From Chiloscyllium plagiosum (taxonomy: Eukaryota), in contig NC_057749.1 in NCBI RefSeq assembly GCF_004010195.1, forward strand, positions 23,666,999-23,730,998: a DNA stretch of 64,000 nt. Reading direction: 5' to 3'. Positions 26,600-39,419 of this stretch are shown piece by piece. How positions within the stretch are numbered: the stretch's first letter is position 1; every line of letters starts with the position of its first letter. The notes beneath the pieces are model-generated. The model did no database searches. It was not told the DNA's origin and was given only the letters and a program-made list of their open reading frames with translations. The translations under genes and the position numbers were made by a program.

Positions 26600-29500
26600 A
26601 TGAAACTGACAGCGGTGGATAGGGAAACTATATTCGAAGGTTTTGTGGGAGACAGGCAATTGCTAATAGCTAAAAAACTAAAACACTTTATACACTATTT
26701 GCCATGTTTTTACATTAATTTTCTATCATAATATGGACATTATAAGGTGGGTGATGACACATTTGAGGACTGTGATAGGAAGAGCTGAAAATGTGTTGCT
26801 GGAAAAGCGCAGCAGGTTAGGCAGCATCCAAGGAGCAGGAGAATCGATGTTTCGGGTATGAGCCCTTCATCAGGAATCAGGATAGGAAGAGCAGTGTTAG
26901 CAAGAGCAGTAGAAATCAAGAACAGTATTAAAGGAATAGGCCGGCAATGTTGCCCAAAAACACATGCTTGAAGGTTAGGAGCATTTTAAAATTCTGCAAA
27001 GGTGGACCAAGGAAAAGGAAAAAAAAATGTAAAAGCTAATTTGCAAGGAACAGACTGCAGAGGCTTCCAAAAGTGGACAAGATGAGCAAAATAAACGTGG
27101 GTCCATGTACAAGCAAAGTCACAAAGATTTATAGTGGAGAATAATTAAACAGCAGAGACAATATTTTATGACTGTCTTCACAGGGGAAAAACACTAAAAC
27201 TCCCAGATATAAGGGAGAATTTGTGGGCCTAATGAAAACACGGAACTGCAAGATATTAATCTTAAGTTTTTAAAAAACTGGAGACATTAATAGACAAAGT
27301 AGAAAAATGCCCTGGCATTGCAGAGTTTTGAAAGAGGTTGACTGTGCTCACTGACCAGCACAGTGGATGTGCTGATGGCCATCTTTCAAACTCAATTGAC
27401 TTTGGAATGTCCACTCCACCCTCTCCTCCCTGACCTATCACCTTCATCTCCTCCCCCACTGACCTATTGTACTCTATGCTACTCTATCCCCACCCCCACC
27501 CTCCTCTAGCTTCTCTCTCCACACTTCAGGCTCTCTGCCTTTATTCCTGATGAAGGGCTTTTGCCCGAAACGTTGATTTTGCCTGTCCTCGGATGCTGCC
27601 TGAATTGCTGTGCTCTTCCAGCACCACTGATCCAGAATTTGGAATGGCTCCAGCAGACTGAAAATGGCAAATTTAACACCACTATTTCAGAAAGCAAGGA
27701 CAAAAAAATGCTGGATACTACAGACCTGTTAGCCTAACATTAAGCATTGGGAAATTGTTAGAATCTACAATAAAATGTGTGCTAACAGGGCAGTCTAGAA
27801 AATAACAGAAGGATAAGGTAGAATCAACATAGATTGATGAATGGCAAAATCATGCTAAAGAACCCTGTTGTAGTCTTTTTTGAGAACATAAGCAGAATAG
27901 ACTAGAGGGAATGGGTGGATGTGGTATATTTAGGTTTTCAGAAGCTTTTGAAAAAGGTTCAACACTTCAGTTGATGAAAAGTTGGAATGCTAGGACCGAT
28001 GGGAATATACTGGCATGGATTGAAAACTACTTAATAGACAGAAAACATTAAGAATAAATGAATCATTTTCAAGTTGGCAGCCTAGAGCTAATGGGGTATC
28101 ACAAGGATCAGTGCCCAGTTATTTATAATCTATGTTAATGGTTTAGATGCAGAGATTGGATGACACAAAATTAGGTGGAAGTAGGATTTGAAAGGAGAAT
28201 ACCGAGGCAGTTCAAGGGGAAATTCAATAGCAAGCAATTAAGACAAATAGTATGTTGGCCCTTATTACAAGAGAATTTGAGTATAGGAATAAAGGCAACT
28301 TACTGAGATGATATGAAGCCTTGGTGAGACCACACTTCAAGTACTGTGTAAAATTTTAAGCTCATTATCTAAAGGCAGACACACTTGCATACAGGGAATT
28401 CAATGAAGGTCACCAAACTAATTCCCAGAGTGGAGGGACTGTCTTAGTAGAAAAGATGAAACGTCTTGGACTCACAAGAGTCTTCCAGGGATTGACAGGG
28501 TAGATATTGGAAGAATGTTTCCCAAGGCTGGGACAGTTTCACAATAAGGGATAGCCATTTAGGATTGAGGCGAGGAGCTTTTGCTTCACTCAGACAGTTG
28601 TGGTTTTCCAAGATTCACAGTCTCAGGGAGCTGTGGTTGTTCCATCATTAAGTATATTCAAAACAGAGACTGACAGATTTGTTTAGAGAAAACTAGCTAC
28701 AATGAGGTGAGAATGGATCTGGCCCAAATCAATTGGAATCAAAGGTTACCAGACATTTAATTTTCTTTAGAAGTGCTAGGGCACAGACAAGAGCACTCAT
28801 GGAGATCAACAGTCATCTGTATGTGAAACCACAGGAGATCAGAGAGATACCATTCGACTATTTCACTTTAGTATTTAGTGTGGAGAAAGACATGGAAGCT
28901 AGGGAACTCAGAAAAAAAATTTATGTCTTGAAAACAGTCCACGTTACAGAAGTGGTGGTTTTGGATGTCTTTAAAAGCATAAAAGTTGGATAAATCTCCA
29001 GGCCCCAATCAAGTGTTTCCTAGGAGAATGTGGGAAGCTAGGGGAGAAACTGCGGGGCCCCAAGCAGAGAAATTTGTACAGCTAAGAGCGAGGGGCTTGA
29101 AGACTGGAAGGTTGCTAATGTTATGCCTTTATTTAAGAAAGGCTGCAAGGAGAAGACTGGGAACTATAGATCAGTGAGTCTGCCACCAGTAATGGGCAAG
29201 CCGTTGGAGGGAATTCTGAAATACAGAATTTGCATGCATTAAAAAGAGGCAAGGACTGATTAGGGATCATCAGTACGGCTTTGTGCATGGAAAATCGTTG
29301 TCTACATGGACTTTCGTCAGGCCTTTGACAAAGTTCTACATTGTAGATTGGTTAGTAAAGTTAGATCACATGGGATTCAGAGAGTTTGCCAATTGGATAT
29401 AAAATTGGCTGGAGACAGATGGTGGTGGAGGAGGAGAGTTATTTTTCTAACCAGAGGCCTGTGACCAGCAGTGCGCCTCAAGGATCGGTGCTGGGTACAC

Positions 29501-31760
29501 TGTTGTTTGGCATTTATATGAACGATTTGGATGACAATTTAGGAGGTATGGGTTAGCAAGTTTGCGGATAGCACCAAAATTGGTGGCACAGTCAACAGTG
29601 AAGAAGGTTTTTTAAGATTATAAAGGGATTTTGAACAATTAGACCAATGGGCCAAGGAATGGCAAATGGTGTTTCATTTCGATAAATGTGAGGTGTTTGG
29701 TAAACTGAACAAGGCCAGGACTCACATAGTTAATGGTGGGGCCCAGGGAGTGATGTTCAGAGAGACTCAGGGTTCAGGTACATAGTTCATTAAAAGTTGC
29801 ACCACAGGTAGTCAGGGTGGTTAGAAGGCGAATGGCATACTTGCATTCATTGCCCAGACCATTGACTATAGGAATTGGGATGTCATGTTGCGACGTACAA
29901 GACATTGGTGAGGCCACTTTTGGCGTACGGTGTACAATTCAGGTTGCCCTGCTATAAAAAGGATATTATTAAAATTTGAGGGGATGCATTAAAGATTTTT
30001 AAAAATACTACCGGGACTGGACGGTTGAGTTGAGGGCAGGCTGGATAAGCTGGGACATTTTCCACTGGAGTGTAGGAGATTGAGGGGTGACCTTATAGAG
30101 GTATATAAAATCATGACGGATATCGATAAGGTGAATAGCAAAGATCGTTTCCCAAGCTAGGAGAGTCCAAAACAAATGGCATGGGTTTAAGGTGAAAGAA
30201 GAAAGTTTAAAGGAATCTGAGGGGCAACCATTTTCACACAGGGTGGTACATACATGGAATAACTTGCCAGAGGAAAAGGTACATGCAGGTACAGTTACAA
30301 CATTTAAAAGACATTTGGTCAGGTACCTGAATAAGAAAGGTTCAAAAGGATATGAGCCAATTGCAAGCAAGTGGGACTAATTTAGTTTGGGAAACTTGAT
30401 CGGTATGGACAAGTTAGACCAAAGGGTGTTTCCGTGCTGTAGGATTCTATAACTCTAAGTTATATACCCATGAAGTAGAAAGACAAGGCAAACACATACA
30501 GAACTTTGTGGATAAAAAAGGAGATTAATATCAAAGTGAACAAAGATCGATCTGTTTATGCCTACTGTCAGTCAGACAATACAACAGTGAATGAGGCTGA
30601 AGATAATCAGAGAAAGACATTTTAAAAAGTATACAAGACAGCATTAAAAAAAAGCTAATATAAAAAGAAAATAAAAATCTTTTCTGAACATATAAGTAAA
30701 AGGAATGGTTTAGATACAAGTCAAAAGAGGGATTTTCACTTTGAGGCTGTGGGCACAACTAAGGTATTAAATGAATACATTGCATCTGTCTTTACCAAGA
30801 AATGCCCCCCCAGTCATGGTGAAAGAGATAGTTTTTCAGGCATGAGCAGATTTTAAAATTGACAAGGTGAAGGTTTTGACTAGTCACCTTAACCTGCGTG
30901 GTGAGGAAGCTTCCAGAAATGATCATTTAAGACAAAAACTAATACTCACTTGAGCAAATATGAATAATTAAGTTAAGCCAGATTAAGGGCAAGTTATGTT
31001 TAACTAGACTGAATTATTCAGATAAATGAGAGAGAATGTGGATGCAGGTCATGCTGTTGACGTGGGTGAATGCAGACTTCCAAAAGGTATTTGATGAAGT
31101 GCACAAGAGACTAGTGAGAAAAATTAAAGCTCATGGAATAAAAGGGATAGCAGCAACATGGATATGAAATTGACCCAGCGGTAGGAAACAAAGAGTAGGG
31201 GGTGAATCAATGGTTTTTGAACTGGAGGAAAGTTTGCAGTGAAATTTCCTTCAGGTCAGTTTTGGAAGTTGGGTTCTTCCGGCTATTTACTAATGACTTA
31301 GGCCGACATATACAGGGCATAAGTTCAAAACGTGCAGGTAGTATGAAACTTGGAAGCAATGTGAATTGTGAAGACAATGGTTTAGAACTTTAAAGGCATT
31401 CAGATTGGTGAAATGGGCAGAAGTGACACATATAAGTTCATGCAGAGAAATGTGCTATGTTCCATTTCAGTAAGAGGAATGTTGTAACAGAAACAAAATA
31501 AAGGGTACAGCTCTAAAGCAAAGACAGAAGCAGAAGGGCCTAGATGCATATGTGCATAAATCATTAAAGGTGGTAGGACAAATTAAGAGCATAATTAATA
31601 AAGCACACCGTGTTATGGGCTTTATCAATATGGATTTGATGTGTTAAAACAAGCTCAGCCTCAACTAGAATACTGCATCCAATTCTGGGTACTGCACGTT
31701 ATAAGACATTGTAAAGATGGCAGGGAAAAGAAAACTCAAGAATGATCCCAGGGATAAGGC
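26600..31760 (+). mobile_element. Cluster of nested CR1 RT fragments in VPS13C intron 2
   Basis: Repeated DKSPGP, GSVLG.LLF, LVRP.L.Y and RLRGDLIEVYKIM motifs; younger copy at ~28770-30460. Confidence 0.8.
27544..27578 (+). ncRNA. Minimal hammerhead-ribozyme-like motif in a Penelope-derived insertion (27410-27637)
   Basis: tc-CTGATGA-A-GGGC-TTTT-GCCC-GAAA-CGTT-ga; TSD tttggaatg at 27401-27409 and 27638-27646. Confidence 0.6.
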
Positions 31761-31909
31761 AGGATAAAGGATCAACATGAGCCTGCCAACTCCAGGGAAT
31801 CTCACTCCCCTTTACTCTTAACTAGAAACCGTCAACGTGCACAATCAGATAAGCAATATTTGCCAAAACAAAAATTAAGAGAAGCAAAGGTTAAGCATAA
31901 ATTACTTAC

Positions 31910-31953
31910 TAGAGCATTTTCTTTGATTTTCAAGTTATCAAGGACCACATTTC
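31910..31953 (-). CDS. VPS13C: VPS13C coding exon 2 ((G)NVVLDNLKIKENAL)
   Basis: ttttag acceptor, GTAAGT donor, 44 nt, phase-compatible with exons 1 and 3; matches human GNVALDNLQIKENAL as recalled. Confidence 0.95.
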
Positions 31954-32554
31954 CTAAAAACAAAATAACATTCATTAGCACAATTCACAAACACTATAAT
32001 TTACGTGATAGAAATCTTAAAATCAATGGCTGTCTATAATTATCCAAACATCCATGTTTATTTTTAAGTTTAATAAAAAACAAATAAAAAAGATTAACAT
32101 GTGGCCAATGTTATGATAAAATTATCTTTAATAACCCTCAACTTTTAGACACAGCAGTTAAGTAAAGGTTAAAAAACAAAAATTCACAAAGGAAACCAAA
32201 ACCACTAATTTAATCTACACAACCTACAAGTGACAACTCTTAAGAGTCAAGATACAAGTTACATAACAGTAGGTGCCTTGTTTCCACTTGATTTAATTAA
32301 CGGGTGTCACCACTGATCAGAAATTGAACTGGACTAGCCATAGAAATACACTGCCTCCAAGAACAGGTCAGCAGCTGGGAATCCTCCAGCAAATAATTCA
32401 TCTCCCACATCCACAAAGACTGTTCACTGTCTATAAAGCTCAAATTAGAAGTGTGATAGAATACTCTCCACTTTTCTGGATGACTCTACCTTCAGCGACA
32501 CAAACTCAATATCATGCACAAAAAACCAGCCTGCTTGATTGACACCCACTTGAA

Positions 32555-33200
32555 TCATACATCATCTGTCCCTCTTCCACTCACAGGGTGAGTTTGTAGG
32601 TGGCTGTACAGATCAATGTAGCTTCTGCAGGCTCTGTTACATTTGGGCAGAAGGTGGTCGTGGGAAGGGGTGGGCAAGGTGTTGGTGTGGCAGTACACTC
32701 CTGCTGTTTTAGCCTGGCTTTCACTTTCCCCCACAAGAGAGTCTCGTGGTGCTTGACCCCTTCCCGCATACAGTTCCTCCACTTTGGACTGTCTTGTCCA
32801 GTGATTCCCAGTGAATGCCACACTTTGCCAGTGAGGCACACTTCCTCTGGGAGGATATCACTGAGGCCAGTGAGGATATCACTGAGGCACACTTCCTCTG
32901 TCTGCTGTTTCAAAGTTGGAGTAGATCACCTGCTCGGGGAGTCTTGTGTCGTTCCGACAGACAACGTGCCCATCGTAGCCAATCAACAGTGGTCAGTGCC
33001 TCAATGCTCGTGATGTTGGCCTGGTGAAGGATGCTGATGTTGGTGCATCGTTCTTCCCAGCAGATCAACAGGATCTTGCACAGGCAGCTTTGGCGGTACT
33101 GCTCCAGCACCTTTAGGTGTTTGCTGTAGAGCCCACATCTCAGAGCCATACAGCAGGTGAGAACCACCGCAGCGCTGTATATCTGATCTCAGCTTCAGAT
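32555..33200 (-). mobile_element. RTE-clade LINE 3' fragment nested in an L2-like element
   Basis: LLYGSEMW, LEQYRQSCLCKIL.I.WEE..TN.SIL..ANITSIEA, CPKCNRACRS..DLYSHLQTH. Confidence 0.85.
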
Positions 33201-33479
33201 CTAATGTTGTTGTTCTTGAACATTGTCCAAAACTGAAACAGCACCAGCAGTATCTACCGTTGTAAAATTGCAATGAAGCAACTCATCAACCCTCCTTCAA
33301 TGACAATTTCCAAACTCTCCGTAACCTAGTCAAGAATAGAAGAGGCATGGGGACACGCCCACCGGCAGGATCTCAAGTCACACATTATCCTGATTTAAAA
33401 CTATAATCATTATTCTTCAATATGCAGAAATCCAGAATTCCCTTCCTAATATTATTCTGGGGAGGGGGTGGTGAAGCAG

Positions 33480-34290
33480 CATGCAAATGTGGATTTGGGG
33501 AGTTGAAAGGGAAGACAATATGTCCTGGATAAATATGATGTATTGCATTTTTGTACAAAAAACAGGCTCATACAATCATTGGTAGCTACTTGGGTACTCT
33601 TGTAGAGCAGAGGGACCTGCAGATTTAGGTACATAATTCTTTGAAGTTTGCTTCACATTTTGACTGGGTGGTTAAAAACACATTTAGCATGCTTGTCTTC
33701 ATTGCTCTGTCCTTTGTGTATAGGAGTTGGGGCATCATGTTGAAGTTGTACAGGACATTGGTGAGGCCTCTTCTGGAGTACTGTGTCCAGTTCTGGTTGC
33801 CCAATTATAGGAAGGATATTAAGCTTTACTCAGATGTCAGGTATGGAAGGTCTGAGTTATAAAGAAAAGCTGGATAGGCTAGAGCTCTTAACTGCAGCAT
33901 CGCACCTTGAAAGGCAACCTTATAAAAGTTTATTACATTTATGAGGGCTACGGATAGAGTTAATGGTAGGTGTCTTTTCCCTAGGACGGGGATTTCAAGA
34001 TTAGGGCAAATAGTTTTAAGGTGAGAGGAAAGAGATTTAAAAAAGACATGAGGGGAAAATCTTTTCCACAGAAAGTGGTGCATGTGTGGAATGAACTTCC
34101 TGAAAAAGTGATAGATGTGGACAAATTACAATGTTTAAAAGACATATGGATAGGTACATGAATGTGAAAGGTTAGACGGATGTACACCAGGAGGTGGTGG
34201 GTGGGACTAGTTTTGTTTGGGATTATGTCCAGGAGGGACAGGTTGGACCAAAGGCTCTGTTTCCTTGCTGTACGACTCGAGAACTCTGTC
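33480..34290 (+). mobile_element. CR1 3' fragment
   Basis: MLKLYRTLVRPLLEYCVQFW and tail. Confidence 0.85.
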
Positions 34291-35099
34291 AAGGTGGCTC
34301 CTGGGCAGGGGGATCAATATGTCAAAGAGTATCAGCTAGGGGAGGTGGACAACAGGTCAGCCTTGTAATGGAGAGGCCAACACATCAACACAAGTCCTTG
34401 TTGGGTGGGAGGGTTGGGAGTGAGAACATCGAGGGTCATGTTGGGGGAAATATCAAGGAGGGTTGTTGGGATGGGGAATAACACCTTGAGGCATGTCTTG
34501 GGGGAAGACAGATCTTGGGAAGGGCAATACTGAACAGCAGTTGAGAGGACAGCCAGATATATGTTCAAGTATGTTCTAACACACCACAGGAGTTGACCAA
34601 CAGCCAACCCAGAGACATGGGCATTATCACTACAACAAAAAACCCTTCACCTGAAGATGAAGAGTGGAGGCACGCAAGGAAGAGAGCACAAGAGGAGAAA
34701 TATTTGGAGTAGATGGTACATGAAGTGGTATCAGAGGTATGAGAGAAAAGTTAAACAAAGATTTGATTTACAAAGAGTACATGGAAAGAAGGTATGACAG
34801 GTATGTGGGAAGAGATACCAGATGGAGTATAAAAGGACAGGGTCTTTGAAGAAGAGTTATATGTGGGCAGGAAATAAGGTGTACTTGGGACAGCGGGAGA
34901 ACAATGGTATGCGGAGAGAGTACATGAGATAGAACATATGGAGAGAGGATTATTCACTAGAGATATATGGGGAAGCAACATGGGAGGAAGTGTGGTTAAT
35001 CTGGAGGGTATATGAGGTGGCAAATAAGGGGTGGGGATTTTTGACAAAGGCTATGTAAGGGAAATAAATGAAGAAGGGTATACGAGAGAAAGAGCGGTA

Positions 35100-35460
35100 C
35101 TTGGGGCGGGGAGGAGGAGGGTGGTGTACATGGTNNNNNNNNNNNNNNNNNNNNNNNNNNNNNNNNNNNNNNNNNNNNNNNNNNNNNNNNNNNNNNNNNN
35201 NNNNNNNNNNNNNNNNNNNNNNNNNNNNNNNNNNNNNNNNNNNNNNNNNNNNNNNNNNNNNNNNNNNNNNNNNNNNNNNNNNNNNNNNNNNNNNNNNNNN
35301 NNNNNNNNNNNNNNNNNNNNNNNNNNNNNNNNNNNNNNNNNNNNNNNNNNNNNNNNNNNNNNNNNNNNNNNNNNNNNNNNNNNNNNNNNNNNNNNNNNNN
35401 NNNNNNNNNGTGTACATGGTGGGGGAGGGGGTGTACATGGTGGGGGAGGGGGTGTACTTT
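35100..35460. repeat. G-rich 21-nt tandem repeat (gtgtacatggtgggggagggg) spanning an assembly gap
   Basis: Units on both sides of the N run 35135-35409. Confidence 0.75.
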
Positions 35461-35729
35461 GGGGTATATGAAGACTATTTTGAGTACACAGGATAGTATT
35501 TTGAAGAGAGGTGTATGGGGAGGTATATAAATACAGGGACAAGGATTTTGAAGGGAGTGACATTGTTATTGTCATCATTACTGTTATTATATGCATTACC
35601 GTGAACATGAAAGTAAACTTCAGGTTAAATATTAACCAACCTCCCACACACAAACCTGGAGAGAAACAGGGCGGCACAAAATGCCCAGTTGATCAGCTTC
35701 TGAGATCCATAATAAAACGCAAGAACACA

Positions 35730-36000
35730 AACCCAGTGAGACGTCCCGTCGCTGCGGAACCCCTTACCTCCCCAGATTCCCAGCTTGAGCTGGGACTTGT
35801 CCAGATTCTCCACATAATCACCCAGGCCCCGGTTCAGAAGCTCAGCCACCAGCGCCTCAAACACCATGGCGCCCCGCTCCAACCGCCCGAGCGTCCGTCA
35901 GACCGAGACCCGGGAGGGCGGGACAGTGACCGACAGCGCCTCCTCTGCACTGGAGGATTTCAAACAACAAGAGCGCCTGGCGCACGGGCTCCACTCCCAC
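35730..36000 (-). promoter_or_regulatory. CpG-rich island / VPS13C promoter and 5'UTR
   Basis: Local GC and CpG enrichment around the start codon in an otherwise CpG-poor window; GGGCGG GC box near 35917-35922. Confidence 0.7.
35768..35867 (-). CDS. VPS13C: VPS13C coding exon 1 (Chorein_N start: [33 protein letters not shown])
   Basis: Translation matches the VPS13 N-terminus; Kozak gccATGg; donor G|GTAAGG at 35767; 100 nt; lies in CpG-rich island. Confidence 0.96.
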
Positions 36001-36029
36001 TCAATACAGTGTGCTCATCCCTGACACAG

Positions 36030-36490
36030 ACCCACTCTGCATAGACATACTGCCTGCATAAACACACACCCTCGAGAAACACAGAGCCTGCATAGACAAA
36101 CACTCTGTACAGATGCACTCCCTGCATAGAAACGCACTCTGTATAGATGTGAGTTGGAGATACTGGGGTGTACAAAGTTAAGAATCACACAACATCAGGT
36201 TATTGTCCAACAGGTTTAATTGGAAGCACTAGCTTTCGAAAGCCCGTGCTTCCAATTAAACCTGTTGGACTATAACCTGATGTTGTGTAATTTTTAACTC
36301 CATATAGATGCACTCCCTGCATAGACACAGACCCTGTAGAGACAAACACTCTGTATAGATACACTCCCTGCATAGACACAGACACTATAGACACGCACTC
36401 TGTACAGATGCACTCTCTGCATAGACACAGACCATGTATAGACACACGCTCTGTATAGACGCACTCCCTGCATAGACACAGACCCTGTGT
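36030..36490. repeat. Minisatellite (~16-18-nt units, ctctgtatagatgcactccctgcatagacacaga) upstream of VPS13C
   Basis: Tandem degenerate units visible directly. Confidence 0.85.
36173..36299. repeat. Palindromic element inserted in the promoter minisatellite
   Basis: acacaacatcaggttat.gtccaacaggtttaattggaagcac / gtgcttccaattaaacctgttggactataacctgatgttgtgt; single-arm relative at 60770-60860. Confidence 0.8.
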
Positions 36491-37589
36491 CAGCAACTAT
36501 TGCAGTTAATGCAAACTGCTCACTCTCCCTGTCTGCGTAAACATTCGATAGAGACATACAGCACAAAAACAGTCCCCTCAGTCCAATTTGTCTGCGCCAA
36601 CCAGACATCTCAATCTGACCCAGTCCCATTTTGCCAGCACTTGCACCATATCCCTTTCTATTCATCTACCCATCCAGATGTCTTTTAAATGTTGCAAGCG
36701 GATCCATATCCACGACTTAGTGCACAGACTGCACACAATCCTCCTTGTGCACACTACATTTCCCGTGTACACACTGTATCCTTGTGTTTACACAACTGCT
36801 GCAGTGTACACAAAAGCTAAAAGAACTGCAGATGCTGTAAATCAGAAAGAAAAACAGAAATTGCTAGAAAAGCCCAGCGGGTCTGACAGCATCTGTGCAG
36901 AGAAATCAGTTAATGTTCCAGGTCCAGTGACCCTTTCTCAGAACAGTTAGCAATACTGCCAGACCTGCTGAGCTTTTCCAGCAATTTCTGTTTTTGTTGC
37001 TGCACTATACAGACTGCATAATCCCCCTCTGTACACACACTCTCTGCATACACACACATACTCCCTATATATACAAATGTTACAGTGCACTGACTGCACA
37101 CTCTCCCCCTTTTTAACATATCTCTGTATACAAAACTGATGCAGTGCACACACTGCTCACTCTCACTCTAAAAGATAATAAAAGATTGGAGCAGAAGTAG
37201 CCTATTCAGCCATCGGGTCGACTCCACTATTCAATGAAATCATGGTTGGTCTAATAACCCTCCACTCCAATCTCCTCTTCCTTCATAACCCTTAATTCTC
37301 TTATTGAATTGAATCTTGAATTTATTTTTTTTGTTCATCTAGAGGATGTGGGTGTGGCTAACTAATCCAGCATTTATTGTCTATCCTTAGTTGTTCTTGA
37401 GAAGTTGGTCGTGAACTGTTTTCCAGATCTACTGCAATTCATCTGGTATGTGTGGACCCACAACACCATTAGGGAGGGAATTTCAAGATTTGCCCCAATG
37501 ACACAGAAGGAACAGCAATATATTTCCAATTCAGGATAGTGTTTGGCTTGGAGGGAACTTGCAGGTAGTGGTGTTCACATATATCTTGG

Positions 37590-37860
37590 AGATAGTGAGG
37601 ACTACAGATGCTGGAAAGTCAGAGGCAATAAAGTATGGAGCAGCATCGAGAGTGTAGTACTGGAAAAGCACAGCAGGTCAGGCAGTACCCAAGGAGCAGG
37701 AGAATCAACATTTCGAGCATAAGCCCATCATCAGGATTCCTGATGAAGGGCTTATGCCCAAAACGTCGATTCTCCTGCTTCTCGGATGCTGCCTGACCTG
37801 CTGTGCTTTTCCAGCACCACACTCTCGATTCTGATCTCCAGCATCTGCAGTCCTCACTTT
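37590..37860. repeat. Head-to-head palindromic Penelope-derived element
   Basis: Arms symmetric about tcaggattcctga (37731-37743); composite insertion flanked by gtgttcacat at 37571-37580 and 37944-37953. Confidence 0.85.
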
Positions 37861-37879
37861 GTACAAACTGTGGAGCAGT

Positions 37880-37913
37880 GTCCTGATGAAAGGTTCAGAC
37901 CTGAAACATCGAC
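37880..37913 (+). ncRNA. Minimal hammerhead-like motif, variant family
   Basis: gtc-CTGATGA-A-AGGT-TCAG-ACCT-GAAA-CATC-gac. Confidence 0.55.
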
Positions 37914-38159
37914 TCCACTGCTCCTCTGATGCTGCTTGACCTCGTGTTCACATGCACCTGCTGCCTTTGTCCTTCAAGATGGCAGTGGTTATAGGTTTGG
38001 AAGCTGCTGTCTAAGAAGCCGCGGTGAATTTCTGCAGTCCACCTTATAGATGGTACATACTGATGCTACTGAGCATTGGTGGTAAAGGAGTTTTGATTTG
38101 ATTAGATTTATTATTGTCTCATCTACCTAGGTGCAGAGAAACGTTTGTTTTGCGCGCAG

Positions 38160-38752
38160 TGGTGCATAGTCTCGTGAGACCATGGATCTGTGCCTGGGAA
38201 GTCTTGCTTCAATCTTTGTTGGTAGAGTAGTGTCTGTTGTGGCTATAGAGGCCCACAAAGAAGTGGCAGTCTCAGCAGGAGCGACTACACTTGAAGGCAC
38301 TGTCCTCTGGTTTTGTCTTGGTGCTGTTTTCTCTTTGGCGGGACAGCACCTAATTGGCTGGGGGCTGCCAGCTTGAGGTGGGCATTGGCTGACCATTCAG
38401 GTGCAATGGCCCTCCCTCTGTCAAAAGCAACCCCTGGCGCCTTGTTCTACACCAATCGAGCACAGGTAGACTGCTGCTTTCTGTGTTGTGCTGTCGTGGT
38501 GACGCGACGTTGGAGTGTCCTCTCCAGGGCGCAGGCCTGGCAAGGTTGCTTGGAAGACCAACTGTTGCCCATGCAGCAGGACCCCCTCTCCACGCCACCG
38601 ATGTTGTCCAAGGGAAAGACAAAGGCTGATACAGCTTGGCATCAGTGTCATCGTAGGAGTTGTCAGAACAAGGTTGAAGACAACGTCAGACTGCCTTAGG
38701 GACTCCAGCTCCGGATTTGTCCTCAGGTTTCCTCCCAAAGCCTTTCCCATGA
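38160..38752 (-). mobile_element. Short RTE-derived (non-autonomous) element nested in the Rex1 3'UTR
   Basis: 3' part encodes an RTE-type zinc-knuckle remnant (FKCSRSC*DCH..VGLYSHNRH) followed by the ccatggtctcacgagact tail; no RT present. Confidence 0.55.
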
Positions 38753-39419
38753 GTGTGCACTACAAGCAGATCATACCATGCAAAGTGCATCAGGGTAATA
38801 GAACAGAGCAAGGAATACAATGTTACAGCTGCAGAGAAGGTGAGCAAAGAGTGAGGTCAATGTTAAATTTAAAATGTGAGCAGTCCATTCAGAAATCTAA
38901 CAACAGCAGGAAGAAGTTGTTTTTGACTCTGTTCGTACATGTGTTTAAGCTTTTGTATCTTCTGCCTGATGGAAGAGAGCAGAAGAGATTATAACTGGGG
39001 TGGTAGGGGAGTCTGATTATGTTGGTTATTTCCCCAAGGCAGCAGGAAGTATAGATGGAGTCAATGGATGGAAGGCTAGTTTGTGTGACAAACTGGGCTG
39101 TGTTCATGACTCTCTGTAGTTTCTTGTGGTCTTGGGAAGACTAGTGCCAAACCACGCTATAATGTATCCAGAGAGAACACGTTCTGTCGTGCAGTTATAA
39201 AAATTGGTAAGAGTCCTCGTGGACATGATGAATTTCCTGAGCATGCTGAAGAAAAAGAGACATTATTGTGCTTTCTTGATCAGTGCATCGACATACATGG
39301 ACCAGGACAGGTTGTTGGTGTGATCATCATTTGCAGCAACTTAATACTCTCGACCATCTCTGTTTCAGCTCCATTGGTGCAAACAGGGGCATGCCCTCCA
39401 CCCTGCTTCCTGAAGTCAA

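Noticed and set aside
34950..35677. Long ORFs spanning the first N run
   Set aside because: Artefacts of translating Ns and a G-rich tandem repeat
35768..35867. Assignment to VPS13A rather than VPS13C
   Set aside because: The exon 6 peptide and C2CD4 adjacency are VPS13C-specific
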